Positions 38,264-43,752 of a DNA stretch of 43,752 bases are shown piece after piece. The position numbers and the translations under genes are program-made. The notes below the pieces were generated by a model. That model was not told the origin of the DNA. It ran no database searches and saw only the letters and a list, made by a program, of their open reading frames with translations. How positions within the stretch are numbered: the stretch's first letter is position 1; each line of letters opens with the position of its first letter. The stretch comes from Promethearchaeota archaeon (GTDB taxonomy: Archaea; Asgardarchaeota; Lokiarchaeia; Sigyniarchaeales; SOKP01): the NCBI GenBank assembly GCA_048938005.1, contig JBHLMQ010000023.1, positions 1 to 43,752 of the forward strand, written 5' to 3'.

Positions 38264-38935
38264 TTATTTATTATTTAAGGTCATTTTTTTCAACCTAAAT
38301 AACTTTAGAGTATCCAATAAATAATACTTTTCTTCAATTAAAGAAAAATTATGATCTTCAAGTCTTTTTTCAATATTTTTTAAATATTTGGTGGTTAATT
38401 GTGATTTAAAATATGTAATAATTACTAAGGGAATTCTGACAAAAAAATATATTAATTTCTTCCAAATCTTCTGAGGCTTTACCTCATCAACTAAAATAAA
38501 TTCTCCATCGTCCTTTAATATTCTATTAATTTGTTCCAAGCAATAATCTTGCTCGTTTTGATAAAATTCGCTGAATGATAAAATAGCTATTATTTTATCA
38601 AAAGATTTATCAGAAAATTGTTCTTCTAATTCAATTACCGGCATTCTAATAATTTGGATGTTATCAGTTAATTCTTCTTGTTTAATATTTTTATTTGCTA
38701 CTTCGAGCATTTTTTCAGAATAGTCAATACCGGTAACTCTTACTCCTTTTTTAGCACATAAAATTGCAAAAGTTCCAGTTCCCATACCGATGTCTAAAAT
38801 CGTCTCATCCTTTTCCACCAAATTGTTTGCAATATGATTTTTTATTTTTGATAACCTTCCTAATGTTAAAATTTCAATTCCTTTATCATATTTTTCTGCT
38901 TTCTTTTCTAAAGCTTTCATGTATACATAAGACAT
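38264..38935 (-). CDS. Class I SAM methyltransferase resembling the corrinoid protein-associated (CpaM-like) type
   Basis: MSYVYMKALE....YDKGI.ILTLG N-terminus, LDIGMGTG, LSFSE, ILVDEV; 8 nt upstream of the HgcAB-like gene. Confidence 0.85.
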   Translation of the reverse strand: MSYVYMKALEKKAEKYDKGIEILTLGRLSKIKNHIANNLVEKDETILDIGMGTGTFAILCAKKGVRVTGIDYSEKMLEVANKNIKQEELTDNIQIIRMPVIELEEQFSDKSFDKIIAILSFSEFYQNEQDYCLEQINRILKDDGEFILVDEVKPQKIWKKLIYFFVRIPLVIITYFKSQLTTKYLKNIEKRLEDHNFSLIEEKYYLLDTLKLFRLKKMTLNNK

Positions 38936-39015
38936 TTTAAAGAGAACCTTGAATTAATTTTTATTTTTTATGTTATAACTCTTAATTAGAAAAATAGTTG
39001 TTAGTAAGAGAATTA

Positions 39016-39879
39016 TTAATATATTTCTTTTTTATTTTTTATTTCAATAGATGATGCTAAAATCTCATTCATTCCTTTTAAATGAAATTGGACAAGCTCA
39101 TGGGATGTACTGAAAATTGTCATTGGTAAATCAATTGGAATAGGAATTTTAAAGAAACTTTTTCTATTATCTATTACAATTAATCCAAAAATCTCTTCTA
39201 ATTTTAATACAATGTTTTTTAGAATTTGAAAACTATAAGATTTTCTTTGTTCTGGATGGAGAAAACCTTCAAGATTTCCAAAAATATTCTTAACTTTATT
39301 AAAAGCTGGTGATTTAAGCATACGAAACTCAATTTTAGGAAGTTGTTTTTGGAGATTTATAACTGATCCATCTTGGAACACTAATTTTATATCTAAATTA
39401 TCCTTCCTTTGATTCAGTACTGAAATGATTTTATCATCAAAATGAGATAATGGGAAGAATGAATAAAAGGATTTTTTTGCTGTATCAATCAACATATATA
39501 AATATTCTTGAATTCTTTCCCTTCCAGCTATCCCTATAAAAGGAATTTCTTCGGTTTCTTCTGACTGGTAAATTTTATCTATGATTTCGACACATTTATT
39601 TCCATTATCTTGGATCTGTTTAGTATAATTTAATAATTTTTCTTGAATGTATTCTCTGGGCTTAACCATAAAAAGTTTCTTTCTTCCTCTTGGAATTATA
39701 TCAATAAAACCTTTTTGATGAAGTCTTACCATTGTTTCATAAATTTTAGGTTGAGGGACTCCACTATATTTATGTAATTCATGAGCACTGAGAATATTGT
39801 ATTTTATTAAAGTTTCAAGCGTTTTAGCTTCGTATTGAGTAAAATTTAACCTTTTTAAAAACACAGTTAGTTTATCCAT
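39016..39879 (-). CDS. TrmB family transcriptional regulator
   Basis: L..LNFTQYEAKT..TL, SAHELHKYSGVPQPKIYE...RL..KGFI wHTH plus effector-binding domain. Confidence 0.9.
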   Translation of the reverse strand: MDKLTVFLKRLNFTQYEAKTLETLIKYNILSAHELHKYSGVPQPKIYETMVRLHQKGFIDIIPRGRKKLFMVKPREYIQEKLLNYTKQIQDNGNKCVEIIDKIYQSEETEEIPFIGIAGRERIQEYLYMLIDTAKKSFYSFFPLSHFDDKIISVLNQRKDNLDIKLVFQDGSVINLQKQLPKIEFRMLKSPAFNKVKNIFGNLEGFLHPEQRKSYSFQILKNIVLKLEEIFGLIVIDNRKSFFKIPIPIDLPMTIFSTSHELVQFHLKGMNEILASSIEIKNKKEIY

Positions 39880-39959
39880 AGGGTATAGAGAATTGATTTT
39901 GTTTTTTATTAAATTGTGTATATTATATTTAAGTTAAATCATAATATTTTTAAATAACA

Positions 39960-39979
39960 TATACTACTATAGTAGTATA
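39960..39979. promoter_or_regulatory. Perfect 20-bp palindrome, probable TrmB operator
   Basis: TATACTACTATAGTAGTATA between the divergent trmB and ABC exporter genes, with TACT/AGTA half-sites. Confidence 0.75.
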
Positions 39980-40042
39980 AATATATAAATTTTTGTTATT
40001 ATCTTAAATTAAAGATTTTAATATAAACAAAAAAGATTAATA

Positions 40043-41068
40043 ATGTTAGTTAATAAAAAAGGAGCTAAGGAAGACTTTACTAATTCAGGGAGTAATCATA
40101 TTATAATTAAAGCAGATGATGTTATTAAAAAATATCCAAATACAACTGCATTGAAAAATGTCTCATTTTCAATATATAAAAACGAGATATTTTGTATTAT
40201 TGGACCAAATGGTGCTGGGAAATCTACAATAGTTAAATTATTAACAGGTCAAATAAAACTGACTCAAGGCTCTATAAAAATTAATAATATGGATCCAATT
40301 TTAAATCGAAGGCAATTACTTGGAACATTTGGTCTTGTTCCCCAGGAAATCGCTTTATATAATGAATTAACCGGGCGAGAAAATTTAACATTTCATGCAA
40401 GATTATATAATGTTCCTAAACAAAAGCTACAACAAAGAGTAGATGAGATGCTAGATATAGTGGGGTTAACAGAACGTCAAAATGATTATGTTGGAACATA
40501 TTCAGGTGGGATGAAAAGGCGCCTTCAACTTGTTAGAGCATTACTACATGAACCCGAAATTATTATTTTAGATGAACCAACATTAGGGATAGATGTTCAA
40601 TCTCGAAAAGCAATTCATGATTATATTTTAGAATTACCTAAGCAAGGAAAAACTATATTATTAACAACTAATTATATGGAAGAGGCAGAACGATTAGCAG
40701 ATCGTATCATCATTTTAGATACATCAATAATTGAAGGTCCTGGAAGACTTCCTGAAATTCAAAAAAAAATTTTTCCAAACACAATAATAGAATTCAAAAC
40801 AACTGTCGATGCTATAAGTTCTGAGTTTTTTGATGGTTTTTTAATTAATACATTACATGGAGAAATTATTTTGGAAAAAAAAATAAGCGAACAACATAGA
40901 TTATTTCAATTTATATTTGAAACATCAGATTTAAAAGAAATTCTTGAAAAATTTATTAACTATACCAATTCTCATGACATTTCTATAGATGAATTCACAA
41001 TTAAAAGACCTACTTTAGAAGATATCTTTTTAAAACTTACGGGAAAAGGATTCAGGGATGAAAATTAA
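40043..41068 (+). CDS. ABC-2 type exporter ATP-binding subunit (DrrA-like)
   Basis: GPNGAGKST, YSGGMKRRL, LDEPT, C-terminal PTLEDIFLKLTG; H-loop reads TTNYMEEA. Confidence 0.95.
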   Translation: MLVNKKGAKEDFTNSGSNHIIIKADDVIKKYPNTTALKNVSFSIYKNEIFCIIGPNGAGKSTIVKLLTGQIKLTQGSIKINNMDPILNRRQLLGTFGLVPQEIALYNELTGRENLTFHARLYNVPKQKLQQRVDEMLDIVGLTERQNDYVGTYSGGMKRRLQLVRALLHEPEIIILDEPTLGIDVQSRKAIHDYILELPKQGKTILLTTNYMEEAERLADRIIILDTSIIEGPGRLPEIQKKIFPNTIIEFKTTVDAISSEFFDGFLINTLHGEIILEKKISEQHRLFQFIFETSDLKEILEKFINYTNSHDISIDEFTIKRPTLEDIFLKLTGKGFRDEN

Positions 41069-42251
41069 AAAGAAACTTGCGGTAAAATTTAAATTAATGA
41101 AGTTAAGACAGTGGTTTTATGACTTGATAACAATCTTACGAAAAGATTTAATTTCTACTAAGAGAGTTAAAAAATATTTTTTCGGTGCTATAATTCCTCC
41201 GATAGTTATCTTAATTGTTTTCTCTACTTTATCAGGGATAACTAATCCTGAAACATTTTCTGTTATGGTTGTTGATGAAGATAAAACTGAGTATTCTAAT
41301 ATAATGAATAATTACATTGTAAATATTAGTAGCGAGTTTGCTCCTTGGTTCAATGTAATAATGGTGGATACATATGAAGAAGCTAAAGCAAAACTACTTA
41401 ATTTTGAGAGTTTGGGACTGATATATATCCCTGCAGGATTTCAAACGAATATAACAGCAAATAATCCAGATATTAAGGGAAAGATTTATTTAGAAGTTGA
41501 AAACATAAATGATGATTATGTAAAAAATTTTATTCAAAGATTAGATGAAGCAATTTTAACATTTAATCAAGAAATTCATGTATCTTATGGACATGTAGAT
41601 GGATTTGCTATCATAGCTCGAAAGGATTACGTTATTGATCAAAACTTAAGCATGGTTCGAGGTTTGGTAATTGGAACTATCAGTATGTTTAGTTTAACCT
41701 GTGGGCTCTTTTTTGGTTCATTAAATGTGGCAAAGGAATATGATGACAATACAATAATTGAAATTGTAAATAGCCCTATAAAACGTACTGCTTATATTGC
41801 ATCAAAACAATTAATTGCTGTAATATTAGGATTAATTGTTGTTGGAATTTTAGCTCCTTTATTATTTTTTATCTTTAATATAGAATTTCGCGGAAATATC
41901 TTAAACGTGATAAGTGCCTTTATAATGTCAACTTGGATCCATGCTTGCATTGGAGGTTTAATAGGGTTAAGAATTAAAAATAAAATGACCACAATACTTG
42001 TAGCTATTGTAATTTCGGTGTTTTTATGGTTTTTTATGGGGGGTTTTGCCCCCGTTAGAATGTTAGGAGATCAAATCTATGTAATTTCAAGATTTCTTCC
42101 TGGGACCTATTGGTTTGAAATATTCTTTTCAGAAACATATTACCCTTCAATATCATATTCAATATTTCGTCTAGATATTTTAGGAATTATGACAATTTCT
42201 TTTACGATAATAATTTGGTATATTATATCTAAAAAGGGGTTTAAGCTTTGA
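41058..42251 (+). CDS. ABC-2 type exporter permease
   Basis: TM1, extracellular domain (VVDED) and five further TM helices; GGFAP, LPGTY; overlaps the ATPase stop. Confidence 0.88.
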   Translation: MKIKKKLAVKFKLMKLRQWFYDLITILRKDLISTKRVKKYFFGAIIPPIVILIVFSTLSGITNPETFSVMVVDEDKTEYSNIMNNYIVNISSEFAPWFNVIMVDTYEEAKAKLLNFESLGLIYIPAGFQTNITANNPDIKGKIYLEVENINDDYVKNFIQRLDEAILTFNQEIHVSYGHVDGFAIIARKDYVIDQNLSMVRGLVIGTISMFSLTCGLFFGSLNVAKEYDDNTIIEIVNSPIKRTAYIASKQLIAVILGLIVVGILAPLLFFIFNIEFRGNILNVISAFIMSTWIHACIGGLIGLRIKNKMTTILVAIVISVFLWFFMGGFAPVRMLGDQIYVISRFLPGTYWFEIFFSETYYPSISYSIFRLDILGIMTISFTIIIWYIISKKGFKL

Positions 42252-43492
42252 AGAAATCGAAAAAAAATATTAAAAAATCTTCAATAAGTATTATTAAAGA
42301 GGAATTTTTAAAAAACATCAAAATAGTATTTCGGGGCCCTACTCGTACTTTATTTTTACTTTGTTTACTTTTTCCCATAACTTATTTAATTTTTATGAAT
42401 CTCATCTTTGGTGCGGTAAATTTTAATTATCCATTTGCTGTTGTTATACCCGATTACAATTCCAACGATGAATTAAATTATGCATTAAATAACAATGAAT
42501 TAAACAATACTCAAGAATTCTTGAGTTATTTAAACAATAACGATTTAGTAGGGAAAACAATTGTAAAAAGTCATATTAAAGCTATTGGTATAACAGAAGA
42601 AGAATTTAAAGATCAATTATATAGTGAAGAAATTGTTATGATAGTTATTTTGCCCGAGAATTTTGAAAATATAATTTCTGCTGCGAAAAATAATTCATGG
42701 TCAGGGGGTGAAATAAATATTACTTTAAAATGCTTAAATATTAATGAGGATTATCTTAAAAATCTTTATTTCGGATTTCAACGTAAACTAAAAGCGTATT
42801 ATGATACTGTGCTTAATCATGAAATAGAAGTTATTTATTTTTATAATGATGCTGAACCTAATAGAGAAACATTTCCAAGAATGTGGACTATTGGAATAGG
42901 TGCGCTAGGATTTGTTGCATTAGTTGCTTCCATGATAATTGGTTCAGCATTTATTTTTAATGAAAAAAACAATAGAATGGCACAAGAACTTGCTTTATCC
43001 CCAAATTTGAATCTTTATTATACATTCATTGGAAAGATTTTATCGACAATAATTTTGTCTCTTTTAATAAATTTTACACTAGGGGCAATAATTATATTTA
43101 TGTGGATAGGGCTTCCTTTTCCAATACACTTTTCGGGATTTATATTAATTGTATTAGGAACAATCATTTTAGGGTCATTAATTGGTGCTATTCTCGGCAT
43201 GTTAATACCAGAACAAGTATTTACTTTCCCAATTTCAATGTTTTTGGTCCTTGCTACTCTGTTTTTATGTGGTGGATTTATAAACATTGAATTATTTGGG
43301 CAACCCTTAAGATTTATCGTTGAACTAATTCCTTTTACATATTGTTTTAGTATCCTTAATAACACAATTTTAATTGGTGATATCCCTACTCCAAATTATA
43401 TCTTCGGTTTAATAATATATATTTTTATCTTTTTTGCTGTAGGATTAATTATCTATAAAAAACGCATCACTTCTCAAAAATTCTTACAATAA
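42248..43492 (+). CDS. ABC-2 type exporter permease
   Basis: Same architecture; EK...M.QEL..SP, LCGGF, IPFTY; TTG start overlaps the upstream stop by 4 nt. Confidence 0.88.
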   Translation: MKKSKKNIKKSSISIIKEEFLKNIKIVFRGPTRTLFLLCLLFPITYLIFMNLIFGAVNFNYPFAVVIPDYNSNDELNYALNNNELNNTQEFLSYLNNNDLVGKTIVKSHIKAIGITEEEFKDQLYSEEIVMIVILPENFENIISAAKNNSWSGGEINITLKCLNINEDYLKNLYFGFQRKLKAYYDTVLNHEIEVIYFYNDAEPNRETFPRMWTIGIGALGFVALVASMIIGSAFIFNEKNNRMAQELALSPNLNLYYTFIGKILSTIILSLLINFTLGAIIIFMWIGLPFPIHFSGFILIVLGTIILGSLIGAILGMLIPEQVFTFPISMFLVLATLFLCGGFINIELFGQPLRFIVELIPFTYCFSILNNTILIGDIPTPNYIFGLIIYIFIFFAVGLIIYKKRITSQKFLQ

Positions 43493-43698
43493 AAAACTTT
43501 AATGAAACAATTAAAATTTGATAATTTTTTTAATATTTTTAGGATAATCTTTACAGGGATTTCGATTATTTAGAAATAATGGTTTAAAGTTATTTGTTTT
43601 GAAAGATCCTTTAAACTTATAATTATGTAAAGCGAAAAATGAATCTAAAAGAAGCAAACTCATTTTGGATATCAGAAATCCTTAAAGGAGATAAAACT

Positions 43699-43752
43699 TT
43701 ACCAGATTTGTTTGCTTTTTTCTAATTTTTTACGCAAATCTTTATACGCTTT
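43699..43752 (-). CDS. Possible 3' end of a gene entering from the right edge
   Basis: Open frame ...KAYKDLRKKLEKSKQIW* from the window end; too short to verify. Confidence 0.35.
   Translation of the reverse strand, partial: KAYKDLRKKLEKSKQIW

Noticed and set aside
25176-43365. Overlapping ORFs 25176..25391, 28469..28690, 32037..32384, 35940..36146, 41792..41992, 43018..43365 and 43102..43290
   Set aside because: Antisense or alternate-frame shadows with no family signal.
1-43752. tRNA, rRNA, CRISPR array, transposase or integrase
   Set aside because: No GC-rich structured intergenic segment, periodic repeat or mobile-element ORF was seen by eye; tRNAscan-SE and Infernal would be needed to exclude small RNAs.

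Overview
AT-rich, gene-dense archaeal chromosomal segment. Its content (TFB, Lrp/ArsR/TrmB regulators, archaeal GlmU, a Rag/Arf-like small GTPase, a fused HgcAB-like protein) suggests Asgard archaea, probably Lokiarchaeia; this is an inference. Left to right: a partial Fe-S/CCG oxidoreductase with an alkyl-DHAP-synthase-like FAD enzyme; glmM-glmS-glmU; a GH13 amylase and a glucan phosphorylase; two proton pumps (P3A ATPase, K+-independent H+-PPase); a stress/regulatory block (ArsR, Lrp, divergent TFB, USP, SPFH); a gamma-glutamyl ligase/cyclotransferase/amidotransferase trio; a 2-hydroxyacyl-CoA dehydratase operon plus an orphan paralog; tandem VIT1-like transporters; and a TrmB-associated island with a corrinoid HgcAB-like fusion, a SAM methyltransferase, an F420-type reductase and an ABC exporter. 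I saw no rRNA, tRNA, CRISPR array or transposase. The best candidates for novel biology are the HgcAB-like/methyltransferase island, the gamma-glutamyl write/erase operon, an ORF interrupted by two in-frame TGA codons inside a 30-nt repeat-flanked segment, and recurrent apparent ATT/ATA start codons. All family assignments come from motif recognition, not database searches.
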